From Hyaloraphidium curvatum SAG 235-1 (lineage: Eukaryota; Fungi; Monoblepharomycota): a DNA stretch of 64,000 nucleotides. Below are positions 22,301-34,423 of the stretch, piece after piece (position 1 is the stretch's first letter; every line of letters starts with the position of its first letter). The notes under the pieces are model-generated. The model saw only the letters and a program-made list of their open reading frames with translations, was not told the DNA's origin and made no database searches. The stretch covers positions 186,001 through 250,000 of the forward strand of contig JAIVFI010000034.1 of NCBI GenBank assembly GCA_025558095.1. The letters run 5' to 3'. Made by a program: the position numbers and the translations under genes.

Positions 22301-24838
22301 GTCGTGGTGGTATCCGACAGCGTCCTCGTCGCGGACGTCGTACTCGTCCGTGAGGTCTGGCGCGGGATCAGACCCGATCCGCAGCAAGGGCGGCGCGGGA
22401 ACCCACCGAGGACGTCAGGGTCGCGGTCAGCGTGCTCGAAGTGGCCGTCTGCGAGGTCGTAGCGGTCTGCGAGGAGGTGCTGGGCGTCGCGGTCGTAGTT
22501 GCGGTCAGAGAGCTCGAGGTCTGTGTTTGGGAGGTTGTTGCTGTAAGCGAGCTCGAGCTCGGCGTGAAGCTGGTTGTTGCAGTCAGAGAGCTGGAGCTCG
22601 GCGTGAAGCTGGTTGTTGCAGTCAGCGAGCTCGAGCTCGGCGTGAAGCTGGTCGTTGCCGTCAGCGAGCTCGAGGTCTGCGTTTGCGACGTGGTGGCGGT
22701 CAAGGAGCTGCTGGTCTGGGTCTGCGATGTCGTAGCTGTTAACGAGCTCGAAGTCTGCGTCTGCGACGTGGTTGCTGTCAGCGAGCTCGAGGTCTGCGTC
22801 TGGGAAGTCGTCGCAGTCAGCGAGCTGCTGGTTGCAGTCTGCGACGTAGTTGCTGTCAGTGAGCTGCTCGTCCGCGATTGCGACGTGGTTGCGGTGAGGG
22901 AACTGGAGCTCGGCGTGAATGATGTCGTGGCGGTCAGGGTGCTGGAGGTCTGCGTCCTCGATGTAGTGGGCGTCAGGGAGCTTGAAGTCTGCGTCCTCGA
23001 TGTCGTTGCCGTCAACGAAGTTGTAGTCGCCGTGCGCGATGTCGTAGCCGTCAGCGAACTCGTCGACGCCGTCCGCGAGGTGCTCGCCGTCCGCGTGGTG
23101 CTCGACGCCGTCCGCGACGTGGTGGCGGTCCTGCTCGTGCTGCTCGAGGTCCTCGGCGGCAGGTTGAAGTGGATGCACCACCCCAGCAGCTGCCCCTCGT
23201 CCCTGCCCACGGGGTCCACGAACGCCGCGCGCCACGTGCCGTCCGCCAGCCCGCCGACGAACCGCGAGAGGTTGTCAATCGGGCGCGCCTGCCGGTCGCA
23301 TATCGAGCCTCCGGCGGCGGAGTCGTCGAAGATCGGTCCGAAGGGGGAGGAGCACGCGGCGGCGGGGTTGGCGAACAAGCGGACCGAGGCGCCATCCGAG
23401 AGGCGGGTCAGGTTGAGCGCCAGGTCCGCGGGGAAGGCGTGCGAGAAGCGCACGCGGAGGTCGACGTCCAGCACGGAGCCCCAGCCGGCGGGGACGGTGA
23501 TGTCGAGGTCGCCGAGGAGCGAGTTGGGGAGGGGGATGGGGCCTTCGGCGCAGAAGGGGGTGGGGGCGAGGGTGACGGTGCTCGTCGGGGTCGTCTGCGG
23601 GGCACGAAGGAAGGGTTAGCCGATGACAGTCAAGTCAAGATCCGCGGAGGAAGCCGACCGTCTGGGATCGCGACGTGGTCCGGGTCTGCGAGCGCGTTGC
23701 TGTAGCCGACGAGGTGGCGGTGGTGCCGGGCACCACGTTGGCGTGGAGGCACCACCCCGTGAGGGTGCCGGCGGCCGGGTTGGCGGCCGTGTCGATGATC
23801 GTCAGCCGCCAGGTGCTGTCAACCAGGGTCGAGAGGAACGTGTTGAGCTGTCCCAGGGGCTGCGTCTCGACGTTGCACAGGCTGCTCCCCGCCGACGTGT
23901 CGTCAAAGTAGTTGGCGTAGGGTCCCGTGCACGGCGTGGTAGGGTTCCGGAACAGCTGCACTGTGCGGCCGTCCGAGAGCCGCGTCAGGTTGGCGACGAC
24001 CTCGCTGGCCGCGGCGTGGTCCCAGGACAGCGTGACGGCCAGGTTCATGATGATCCCCGTGCCGGCGGGCGCCACTACGTCCGAGGTCAGGGCCGTCGTG
24101 GTGATGGCCGTGCTTCCCGAGCCTGAGCAGAAGGTGCGCACGGCGGAGTTCTGGGTGAGCACGCTCACGCGCACGTTGTCGACGTCGGCCTCGGTGCCGG
24201 GACCGTTGACGTCCCAGATCTCGACGGCCAGCGTCTGGCCCACGAGGGAGTTGCTGCCAACGAACGCGTACTGAACCGAGTAGTCGGTAAACTTGCCCCT
24301 GAAGTCGCCGGCCGAGTACACGTTGGCGGCCAGCGTGCGCGTCGCGATGCGTGTAGAGCCGGCGTACAGGTCGAGCCGCACGTCTGCCATGCCGCCGCCG
24401 CTGCGGGCACCGACGGCGACCGTCAGGATGACGGAAGCGTTGGCGGGCAGCGTCTCGCCGAGCGTCTGCCGGATCCCCATGTTCGACATTGTGCCGAAGT
24501 AAAAGGCGTTGCCGCCGGACATCGGAGACGGTGCGCCGTTGCCAGCCACGCCGGTGTACGCGTCGGTCGCTGGGTTGAAGAACCCATAATACGCGCCGGG
24601 GCTGCCGCTTGTGAGCGACCACCCGGAGGGCGTGCGGCCGGGGTTGCTCGTGTAGCCATCGCCGTTGAAGCCGCCGGTCTCGAAGTCGAAGTTGGTGACC
24701 GCCACGGCGCGCTGTCGGGGACGCGTCAGGGGCGTGCGGGCGGTGTCGCGTGCGGCCCACCGAGGAGCGCTGCGCGGCGGCCGGGCCGATCACGCCCGCC
24801 GCGATCAGCGCGATCGCGGCGACCAGCGCCGCTCGCAT
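16305..24838 (-). CDS. Giant secreted multidomain protein: HpiC1/Stig-cyclase-like domain, two P-domains, Ser/Thr mucin repeat, long beta-rich region, helical C-terminus (many exons)
   Basis: Signal MRAALVAAIALIAAGVIGPAAA at 24838. A chain of minus-strand exons separated by short GT..AG introns runs to a stop at 16305-16307. Exon structure at 17100-18330 is micro-exonic and uncertain, so the locus could be two genes. Confidence 0.6.
21640..23150 (-). repeat. Ser/Thr tandem coding repeat (13-aa/39-bp unit such as TTSQTQTSSSLTA or TTSFTPSSSSLTA, plus 7-aa TSSSLTA units)
   Basis: Visible directly in the minus-strand ORFs. More than a dozen 13-aa units lie at about 22430-23130. Confidence 0.9.
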
Positions 24839-25192
24839 CGCGGCGCGGGGACGCGGCTGCCCCGAATGCAATGGAGAGATATTCGGATAGGGGACTGCCC
24901 GCCGCGGCTGGGCCGGCGGCTGAGCGCAGGACGCAATTTCGAGGATCGGTATGTCATCGTCTCCTCCCGCCCCGCAGCGCCGGATCGCCCAAAACGGGGC
25001 CGCCGCGGTGGAGTTGATTAGATGCCCAACATCCATCCGGTGGCTGCTGCGCGGCAGGCCGGCGCCCCCGGATGGATGGCCGCGCGGGCGGCGCAACGCC
25101 CTTGACCGAGGCCCGGGACCCGCCGCTCACGTAATGCTGTCCCCTCTTTCCCTCGCCCCGTTGACAGCGGTCCCCCACGCCTTGGCGCCGCC

Positions 25193-28183
25193 ATGAAAGT
25201 GCCCGCTGCGCTGCTGGCCGCGCTGGCCGTCGCGGCGCTGCTCCCGCGCGCGGCGGCGCACGACTACGACCCCGACGCCTTCTACCGCGCCATGTGCGCG
25301 CCGTCAAGGTTCCACAACCACATCGTCTACGCGCCGCCGCATGCGCACGCCGACTGGGCGCTCGGCGAGACGCTCGTGCTCGACGGGGCAGCAGCGCCCC
25401 ACGGGGATCCCGCGCTGCACCGCCGCGACGCGCTGCTCGACACCCTCGACCATCCCTCGTCCCCAAGACGCGTGATCCGCTCGGTGCCCGGATGCCCGGG
25501 CCCGGCAGGCATCGCCGTCAGCCCCGCAAAGCTCGACGCCGGCGCCGTGCTGGAGCTGGCCCTCACAAACGTCCCCGCCTTCGGCATCGATTTCGGCGAG
25601 GGCATCCCCGATTTTACCGCCTTCTGGAACGCGTCGCTGCTCGAGATCAACGGCGCCGCGACGACGACCCTGACCGAGACCGCCGATACCCTGACCACCG
25701 CCGGCGCCGCCTTCCCCGGCTGCTTCGCGGCAGCCACCGTGTCGATCACGGCGAGGAGGACGCAGACGGGGGAGGACGCGACGTTCACCCCGGACGTCAC
25801 CGGGAGGTGGGTTCCCAAACTTGACCCATCCTCCATACACGGCAGCTGACACTTCTCCGCTCCGCCGCCCGATCAGGTACTTTGTCGACGCCACCATCAG
25901 CCCCGGCCTCCAATCGACGCGCTTCCCCTTCCAAATCACCACGGTGCGCCCCTCTCTCTCCCTGCTCCCCGTCCTTCTGACTCGGCCCCCGCGACAGACC
26001 AAGTACACCTTCACCCCTCCCCCCGGCTACCTTCCCCCCCCAACCGAAGACCTCCCCACCCCCACCCCGACATTCGGCGGCTGCCTCTCCGCCCCCCGCA
26101 TGACCGCCACCACGTCCGGCTTCCCCATCTACCGCGCGACCCCCGGCAACGGGATCCGCGTCACCCTCCTGGACCTCCCCGAGACGATCGCCGGGACGGC
26201 GGGGGGCAAGACGACGTGGGCGGCGGCGTACAGCGCGGGGGAGGTGCGGTACATCTCGACGGGGGTCAAGACGACAAAGGGGGCCAAGACGCGGTGGAGC
26301 ACGACCGTCACGGTCGTCACCGGCAGGATGGGTGGGTCCGGCGCACGGCGATGCGGGTAGCCCTGATGCGCCGCATCCCGTCAAAGTGACCGCCACCCGC
26401 GTCGTCGCCACCCCGCCCCACCCCGAGCGCGACGGGTGCGTGCGCACCCACGTTGACAGCACGCACTGGGTCGCGCCCACGGCCGCGGTGGAGCCGGACG
26501 AGATGCTGCTTCTTGGGGGCAGCGCGGCGGGCTTCGCGATGCACGGCGGGGCGATGGTGGGTCCGCGCTGTGGCCCGGCTTTCCGCGGCCCGCTGACGGT
26601 GCGGCGCCCCGACCAAAGATGCCGCTCGCCGACACGACGCTGGTCACGCCCACCGCGCCGCACACGCACACGACCCGCCTGACCTGCGGCCACTACTACG
26701 CCGCCGTCTCTCCCACGGCGGTGACCCCGGGCCAGGTCATGACCCTGCAGCTGTACAACGTCCCGCACACTCACATCAGCATGGCCGGCTTCTCGACCGT
26801 GTTCGAGGCCCGCTACGCGGCCACGGTGCTTTCCAACCACGTTGGGATCGGCACCGTGCCCACGCGGACGGTGGTCACCACCATGCCGACGCCGCAATGC
26901 CTGAACGTCTCGGCGACCATGACCTTCTCGGCCGCGACGCAGCACCTCCCGCTGCAGCCGGCGCCGAGCCCGACTCAGCTGTACCAGGTCCGCGTGGCCG
27001 CGCACAACCATTCCGCGCCGCAGGAGGAGTCCGCGTCCAGGCCGCAGATCTTCGTGGGTTTTTCCCGGCCCGCGCAGCGCTTCCCACCTGACCCGCCCCT
27101 CCCTTCCACACGCAGGTCAACCGCGGCGCAAACACCCCCGATTCGGTCATGCTCCGTCCCTACCCGTGCCTCGTCGGCCCCCTCCGCACCGTCACCACCA
27201 TCACCTGGAACCGCACGGCCCCGTTCGGCAGGACGTACCAGCTCAACCGCACCGTCCGGAGCGGGACCACCACGTGGAGGCTGAGCTGGCAGCTCGGGTC
27301 GCGCAAGGGGGGGCGGATGACCTTCGTCGCGAGGGACGGGCCGGGGGTTGTTGGGCCGGCGGGGGGCATGAGTGGGTTCCGCCCGGCGCCGTCGGGAGCG
27401 GGGCTGACCCGCGCATGCATGCAGATCTCTACGAGACGTCGCTGGCCAACCTGCCCCGCCCGGCAGACTGGGCCGTCGAGTGGACCGCCACCGGCAGCTT
27501 CGTCGGCAGGACGATGCCGCCCTTCACCGTCAACACGACCTACCTCGTATGCGTCCCCCCCTCGCACCCCGCGCACGCATGCATCGCTGACCCCCCTTTC
27601 GCAGGCCGACTTCCTCCTCCACCCCAACGGCACCCGCACCCGCACCCGCGCCTCGGTCCGCGCCTTCCACGCCGTCCGCATCGTCCCCCGCTGGGCGATG
27701 ACGCCCAAGGGCGCGCAGCCCTCGGTGCGGTTCGACGTGACCAGCCCGACGATGGGTGGCCACGACGCGCTCACGCTGACGTGCGCGCATCGGGGGGCGA
27801 GGAGGTCCGCGTTCCAGGTCGTGCCGGTGGGGGTGCTCAAGGGGGCGGTGGCGCCGAGCGACTTCGCGGGGCCGACGACGAGCTACGTGTGGACCTTCGT
27901 GGGTCTCGCTTATTGCATCCGCACGGCCGATGGATGCGTTGACGAGCAACCGATTCCGCAGAACACCGGCAGGTCCGGCCGCTGGGTCCCGCGGTTCCGC
28001 CCGGCCCTCAGCCCGCGGTGGCTCGGCCCGATCGCCGAGGCGGCGGAGCGGTTCGCGGTGGACGGCGGGGACGCGGGGGACAGGCTGGACGGGGAGCCGA
28101 ACCCGAACGCCCCCGAGGGCGCGGGGACGGCGGACGAGGTGATGCGGGAGCTGGCGGCGTTCAGGCAGGTCGGAGACCCTTGA
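25193..28183 (+). CDS. Secreted Thr-rich, beta-rich hypothetical protein (multi-exon)
   Basis: Signal MKVPAALLAALAVAALLPRAAA. Exons joined by repeated short introns with GCTGAC branch sites (e.g. 25807-25876, 27547-27604). Ends ..FRQVGDP*. Confidence 0.6.
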
Positions 28184-28267
28184 TTGGAAGGGCTGATTGT
28201 GTCGGGTTAGTATTGGATCTGTGGTTCTTCGCCGTATGCGCAATGGATCTTGCTGTGTCGATGCTCG

Positions 28268-31200
28268 TCATCCGCCAGTGGCTTCACCCGCAGCCTGCGC
28301 GCCGTCGCTACTGAAGGGCATTCGAGCCGCATCCCCGTCCTCGTTCTGCTTGTCCTCCAAGTCCGCCTTCTTGACGACCGCGACAAACACCTGCTCCAAC
28401 GAAGCCCGGCTCAACGCATACTCCCCGATGACCCCGTCCCCCTTTTGCGCCTCCAAAAGCGCGAAGCACGAAGCAAAGGACCCCGGCAGAGATCGCACCT
28501 GCATCACGATCCTCCTCGGCGTGCTCGAAGAGGAAAGATCGCCCAGGGCGTCCGAGTCGGGGAAGTTGTCGGCGACGAACTTGGAAAACTCGGCCGGCTT
28601 GAGCACCAGCGCCTCCAGCCTGTACCCGCTCGCGAACCGCTCCTTGAGCCTCAGTGGCGACCCAAGGCAGCGCAGCTTTCCCTTGGCCACGATGCCGATG
28701 CGCCCGCACAGCGCCTCCGCTTCGCGCATGTTGTGCGTGCTTAGCACCGCGGCGGCGGCGTCCGCATTCACGTGGCGGGACAGCGATGCCCAGAAGGTCC
28801 GCCGCGAAGACGGGTCCATTCCTGCGGTCGGTTCGTCGAGTATGAGGAGCGGGGCCCGTGCTGCGGCTGCGATGCAGAACTGCAGCTTCCTCTTGGTGCC
28901 CCCGCTGAGCGTGCCAGCCTTGGCGTCCAGGAATTCCGACAGGCCCACTTTCTCTAGCAGATCCTGCTCCCGATCGCCCGTGGGCCCGAAACCACGGATG
29001 CGACAGACCAGGTCGAGGTGCTCCCGCGGGGTCAGTTCGTCCGACATCGCATCAAACTGCGGTACGTAAGCCAGGCCGCGCAGCGGTCCCCCCGTCCGGC
29101 CGCCTTGCATGTTGTCCTCCCCAAAGACCGAGGCGTATCCTTGCGACGGTTCCAGGGCACCCGTCAGCATCTCCAGCGTGGTCGACTTGCCCGCCCCGTT
29201 GGGCCCGAGGAGCCCGAAGCACTGGCCCCGCGGCACGCCGAACCAGATCGCCCGCACCGCGTCCCGTGGGACCTCGACGTCGCTGCAGAGCAGTATCTGG
29301 GAACGGAAACCCGCCGAGGGCGATCCCTCGGCGGGCTTCTCGCGCGAGACGTAGGTCTTGCCGAGCCCGTGAAGCGAGAGCATCTCGCCTCCCGCGCCCC
29401 CGCACGCGACGCGGAGGCGTTCAGCAACTACGTCCGGGTCCTCGTCAGGCAATTCAGCGAGCTCGAGAGACTCTGGAGATTCCACATCGGATGCTCTCGT
29501 CCGTGCACCCCACCGCGCCAGCCGAATCGGGAGCTGCAGAGCCACGAGCAGGCCCGCGAAGAGTGCCAGCTGGACCACCATGAGAAGCAAGGTCCCGGAA
29601 AAGACATTGCCGATGGCAAAATAATCGGCGAGACTCGGAACCGCCCTCAGCCGGACCGGGAGCCACGAGAGGAAGAACAGCGCGCCGGTGAAGGTGTACA
29701 GCGGATCCACGGCGGCCAGGATGTAGTGGATGATGATTGCCGTATCGTAGTTGAGCAGCTGCGCGATGAGCGAGACGACGAGGTACGGTGCGATCGCCAA
29801 GAGTCCGAGAAAGGCGGTGATGCTGTGCGATCAACTGTCAGAGCGGCGTCACCGCAGGGCATCAAGCAAGACCCACTTCAGAGCTCCCTTGGCGGTCTTG
29901 ATGACCAAAGAAAGTAGGTACATGACCACCAGGGCAAGCGGGATCCAGACCAGCTCCGCCAGCAAAAGCGGCAGCACAACAGGCCCCGAGAACCCCACGG
30001 CCGGAACGGCCCCAATGAGGATCAGCGACACCACAGCTACGGGCGCGCAGAGCGCCAGGTCACGTGCCAGGCAGGCGGCAAAGTAAGCCAAGTGCGCGAG
30101 GCCCGAGATCCGCAGGATCTCGCGGAAGCCTCTTTCGCGGTCCCGCGCGAGGAGGTACAGAGCGAAAGACGGCACCAGCAGCTGGGCGAAGCCGAGGGTG
30201 AGCACGCCGCCAAATGCACCGCCTTCGAACTGCGGGGCATCCGAGGGGAGGGGTTGGACGGAGAAGGTGACGCGCAGGCGGCCGCCGGTGGCTGACGAAG
30301 CAGCCGCGGACGCGGTCATGGCGACGTAGGCCGGGAGGGAATGCAAGGCGACGGCGCTGAAGGCTACGTTCTCCGCCAGGGAGCTCGTCGCCGCGTTCCA
30401 CGCAGACACGCCGACGGCGGCCCAGGTCGAGTTGGCACCGGCCGTCATGTTCCAGTCCGAAGGCACGGCAGCGGAGCGGAACGGCAGGGCGGAAAGGAAA
30501 GAGTCGATCGAGATCGCGGGCGACGTGGAGTTCAACACCGGTACCGGGGCCGGCTGCGGGTAGAGGGAGGTGTCTAGCACGAGAGCAGGAGGTGCCGCGG
30601 CGGTGCCGGTCCCCGGCGAGGGAACAAGCAGCAAGACCAGGATGCCGACGATTTGGAAGAGGATGGCGACGGCCACCACCGAGATCGGGGCCACCCAGGC
30701 GCGCTTGATCTGCAGGAACCAGAACGGCAAGAGAGTGGCCGCCTGGTTGCTCCAGGTGGGGAGCACCGCGGGCCGGGGCTCCTCCGGATCGCGCAGCCCG
30801 CGCGTTTCCTCATCCCCACGCACGTTTGCCGCCTCCGGCACCTCGGGCCCGTGCTGGTAGTCCTCAAGCCCAAGGAAAACGTCCTCGAGCGAGGTCACCC
30901 TGAGATCGTACCGCGCCCCCGCGGCGTCCAGCTCCTCGAAAAGCGCTGGGAAGGCGTGCGACGCGCCAAACGGAATCTTGTACGCCTCGGCGGCCCCCTC
31001 GGAGCCCGAGGTCTCCTCCACCGCCTCGGGCACCTTCTCGGCGACCATCCGGCGCACGTCCTTCCCCGCGGCATCTTCAATTGCCAGCGTGTACCCCACC
31101 CCAAACCGCTGCCTCAGAAACATCGGCGTGCCCCCGCACCGCGTCTTGCCGTGCGAGAGCACCGCGATTCTGTCCGCGGACGCGTCCACCTCCTCCAGGT

Positions 31201-33258
31201 CATGCGACGACAGCAGCACCGTCCGTCCCTCCCTCCCGGCGCGGAGCACATCCCACAGCGCCGCGCGGGAGGCCGCATCCATGCCCGCCGTGGGCTCGTC
31301 CAGGACAAGCACGGGAGGGGAGCCGATCAGGGCCATGCCGACGGAAAGCTTGCGTTTCTGTCCGCCCGAGAGGACCGAGGAGCGTTTGCCCTCGGCGTCA
31401 TGCAGAGAGAGGAGCGCCAGCACGCGGTTGACCTCGGCTGCCTCGTCGCCAGGGGGTATGTGCTGCCGCCCCAGGATGCGACACGTCAGGACCAGCCGGC
31501 AGCAACCTGCATCCCGGGTCCACCCACCCTGATGGCCGCAGCAAGCTCCAAATGTTCCCGCGTCGTCAGGTCCCCAAACAGCACGTTCCCCTGCATGCAT
31601 ACCCCCATCCGCGGCCTGATTTCGCGCATCCGCGCTGCGCAGTCCATGCCCAGCACCTCGGCCTCCCCTCCCGAAGCGCGGAATAGCCCCGTGAGGATGG
31701 AGAGCAGCGTGGTCTTGCCCGCGGCGTTGTGGCCCAGCAGGCCGAGCACCTCGCCTTCGCATGCCTGCAGGGAGGCGCCGTCGAGGGCCGGGCGGGGGGA
31801 GCCGGGGTAGGTCTTGCGGAGGTCTCGCACCGAGACGGTGGCGCGCGCATCGGGGGGGAGGGGCTCGAAGTCGGGGCTGCCTTCGGGGGCGGCGACCGGG
31901 TGGGCTTCTCCGCCGCCGTGCTTCGTTGTCGTCATCTTGGCCGGAGCAAAGGCCGGAAGGAAGAAGAGCGGGTGCCGCTTGGGCCCGTACTCCCCGGGCA
32001 CGACGGCGTCCAGGTACCACGCAAGGGCGTAGTACAGTCCCACGTCGAGGAGCAGCATCAGCATCGCGGCGCCCGCCGAGAAGCCCGGATGCACGAGCGG
32101 GGTCCACAAGTTCGAAAACTGCAGGCCCGGGCCGGCAAACCCCCATGCGACGGCTTCGGCGACGCTCAGGGCCAGTGCGACGGGGGCGACCAGGGAGAGC
32201 GCCCAGAGGGCCGATGCGGGCGGGTCGAGGAGGCTCAGGGGGACGAAGAGCGACGAGAGGACGAGGGTGACGACGACGCCGACGTTGGCGGCCACTGCGG
32301 CACGCCGGAACAGCGGGGTGAGGAGGAAGGCAAAGGCGATCATGCAGAATGCGTAGAGCAGGAACATGGCCCAGATGAGGAGGAAGTTGGAGCGGGGAAA
32401 CACGCCGCCGAAGGTGGTAATCAGCGCCATGGAGAGCGTCGTCACCAGGCCCATGGCGCCGTAGAATGCAAACCACGAGGCAAAGTAGGCCGTCTCGTCC
32501 ATTCCCATCATCGACAGCAGTTCCTTGTGACGCTTCTCCTTCTCCAGCACGATCGTCGCAACCAGCGAAGACACCAATGGCCAAAAGGCGATCACGGTGT
32601 AAACGCCAGCAATCGTCTGAAGATACACGTAGCTTCCGACCGGTTTGTACGGCGGGAGCGGCAGGGTCTGCGCCGTGCCGGCCACGGCAAAGCCCGGCGT
32701 GGCGCCCGCCCCCGCAGCCAGCGAGCGAGTGAGCTCCAGCATGAGCGGCACCAGGCCAGAAGAGACGTAGCGCAGCGGCGGGCAGGCATCGTCGGGGGAC
32801 CGGCACGCCAGCGAGGGGTTCAAATACAGCGAGCCCGTCGAAGGAACGGCCGACGCGTTGAACCTCAGCGTGGCGTTGGCGGGCCCGGTGAACACGACTG
32901 CGGCGTAGAGCGGGTTCGATAGCGCGTACGGGTCCACGTCGGCGGCATTCTGCAGGGGAACCAGCGTGGCGCCCGGAAAGACGCGCCCGGCCGCGGCGGC
33001 CACGACAGCCTGCGCTGCCCCGGCCGCCGGCGCATAGGCGATTTGCGGGGAAGACGGCGCTCCAGTCACCTGCGATAGGTCGACAGCAGTCCCCGCGGGC
33101 ACCTCGGGCTGCACCTTCGTCGGAATGACGCGGCTTAAGACAACGAGCACGATGATGTAGACGAAAGGCAGCAGCAGCTCCAGCGCGAAATCGCGCGGCC
33201 GCCGCACTTTGAGTCGCCACGCCCGAACCACGAGCGCCCTCGTCTGCTGGAGAGCCAT
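28268..33258 (-). CDS. Full-size ABC transporter, subfamily A (ABCA)
   Basis: N-terminus QQTRALVVRAWRLKVRR..ELLLP. IVLEKEKRHKELLSMMGM and YLDAVVPGEYG. NBD1: GLLGHNAAGKTT, LSGGQKRKL, LDEPTAGMD. NBD2: FGLLGPNGAGKST, LSGGTKRKL, LDEPT. C-terminal SLEQVF. Two short introns. Confidence 0.95.
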
Positions 33259-33568
33259 TTTCGGCCGGGCGCGTTTATATCGGAGGCGGCGTTCCGAGCG
33301 GCTGTGCAGGCGATGAACACCCTGGCCGAGTCGGCGCAAGCCGTGCAAATGGAGCCGGCGCCGCGGTAAAGCATCATCGACATTGGCAGATGACGACTTG
33401 ACACCGGGCTTCTGATCCGTCCAATCAGAAGTGGCCAAATGGATCTGTTCCCGCGAGCGAGGACGATTAAGTCTGGCAAGCAACCACCCGAACCGAATGA
33501 CAGAATGGAAACCAAAAGCATAGCTTAGATAGGTAGGCGAACGACGCGTTGGTCCGCGGTCCCGACCG

Positions 33569-34312
33569 TCACACATGCCCGATCCTCTTGAGCCCGTCCG
33601 CCGCCTCCGTGTTCCCCTGCGCCGCGGATTGCCGGTACCACTCCCTCGCCTTGTCCAAATCCTTCGCCACGCCCCTACCCTCCTCGTACATGAACCCAAG
33701 GTTGTTCTGCGCGGCCGCGTTGCCCATCCCCGCCGCCTTCTCGAACAGCTCCACCGCCTTGGCTTCGTCCTTCCTAGTTCCGAGCCCCTCGGCGTAGCAC
33801 AGTCCCAGGTTCGAGAACCCCTGGTCGTCCCCGCGCTCGGCCGCCAGCTTGTTGTACGCGAACGCCATGTCGATGTCCTTGGCGACGCCGATCCCGTGGC
33901 GGTAGTAGAACCCCAGGTTCGCCGCCGCGGCCGGATGCCCCATCGCGCTGGACCGCTCGAACAGCTCCGCTGCGTGCTTGGTGTCCTCCGCGAGCCCGCC
34001 CATTCCCGTGCCGTACGCGACGCCGAGCGCGAACGTGCCGAACGGGTCGCCCTGCGCCGCGGATTTCTGGAACCACGCGACCGCGGCGGCCTCGTCCTTG
34101 GGGAGCCCGCCGAGGCCCTCCTGGAGCATGTAGCCGCGCGCGTATTGGGCCTCGGCGTGGCCGAGCTCCGCGGCGCGGAGGTACAAATCCGCGGCGCGCT
34201 CGAGGTCGGGCGGGGAGGTGCGGCGGAGCGCGTCGGCGGCGAGGAAGAGCGCGGTGGGATCGGTCGGGTCGGGCTCGTGCGCGGCGTAGACCTGATTCGT
34301 TGTGGCGGACAT
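33569..34312 (-). CDS. Sel1-like repeat protein
   Basis: About five to six 36-aa SLR units (AQYARGYML..G, AAANLGFYYRHGIGVAKD, AQNNLGFMYEEGRGVAKD..KAREWYRQSAAQGN). Confidence 0.93.
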   Translation of the reverse strand: MSATTNQVYAAHEPDPTDPTALFLAADALRRTSPPDLERAADLYLRAAELGHAEAQYARGYMLQEGLGGLPKDEAAAVAWFQKSAAQGDPFGTFALGVAYGTGMGGLAEDTKHAAELFERSSAMGHPAAAANLGFYYRHGIGVAKDIDMAFAYNKLAAERGDDQGFSNLGLCYAEGLGTRKDEAKAVELFEKAAGMGNAAAQNNLGFMYEEGRGVAKDLDKAREWYRQSAAQGNTEAADGLKRIGHV

Positions 34313-34423
34313 CGTGCAGGCGGGATTACAGGAGGCGAGGGAGGACGTGCGACACACCAGGCGACACAATCGCAGCGGGCTGATGTATTTCGCCCTCCCA
34401 CAATCCGTGTCCAAAAGCACGAG

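Noticed and set aside
22430-23150. 39-bp periodicity as a possible CRISPR array or satellite
   Set aside because: There are no unique spacers or cas genes. The period is a multiple of three within a coding exon.
21911-23619. Plus-strand Val/Glu/Leu/Cys repeat ORFs that look like a novel repeat protein
   Set aside because: They are the reverse complement of the Thr/Ser repeat. The minus strand carries the signal peptide, domains and splice sites.
33575-34423. N-terminal extension of 7-TM copy A in the 667-aa ORF
   Set aside because: It is the antisense shadow of the Sel1 gene. Family homology begins just after Met 34424. The same applies to 60713-61366 for copy C.
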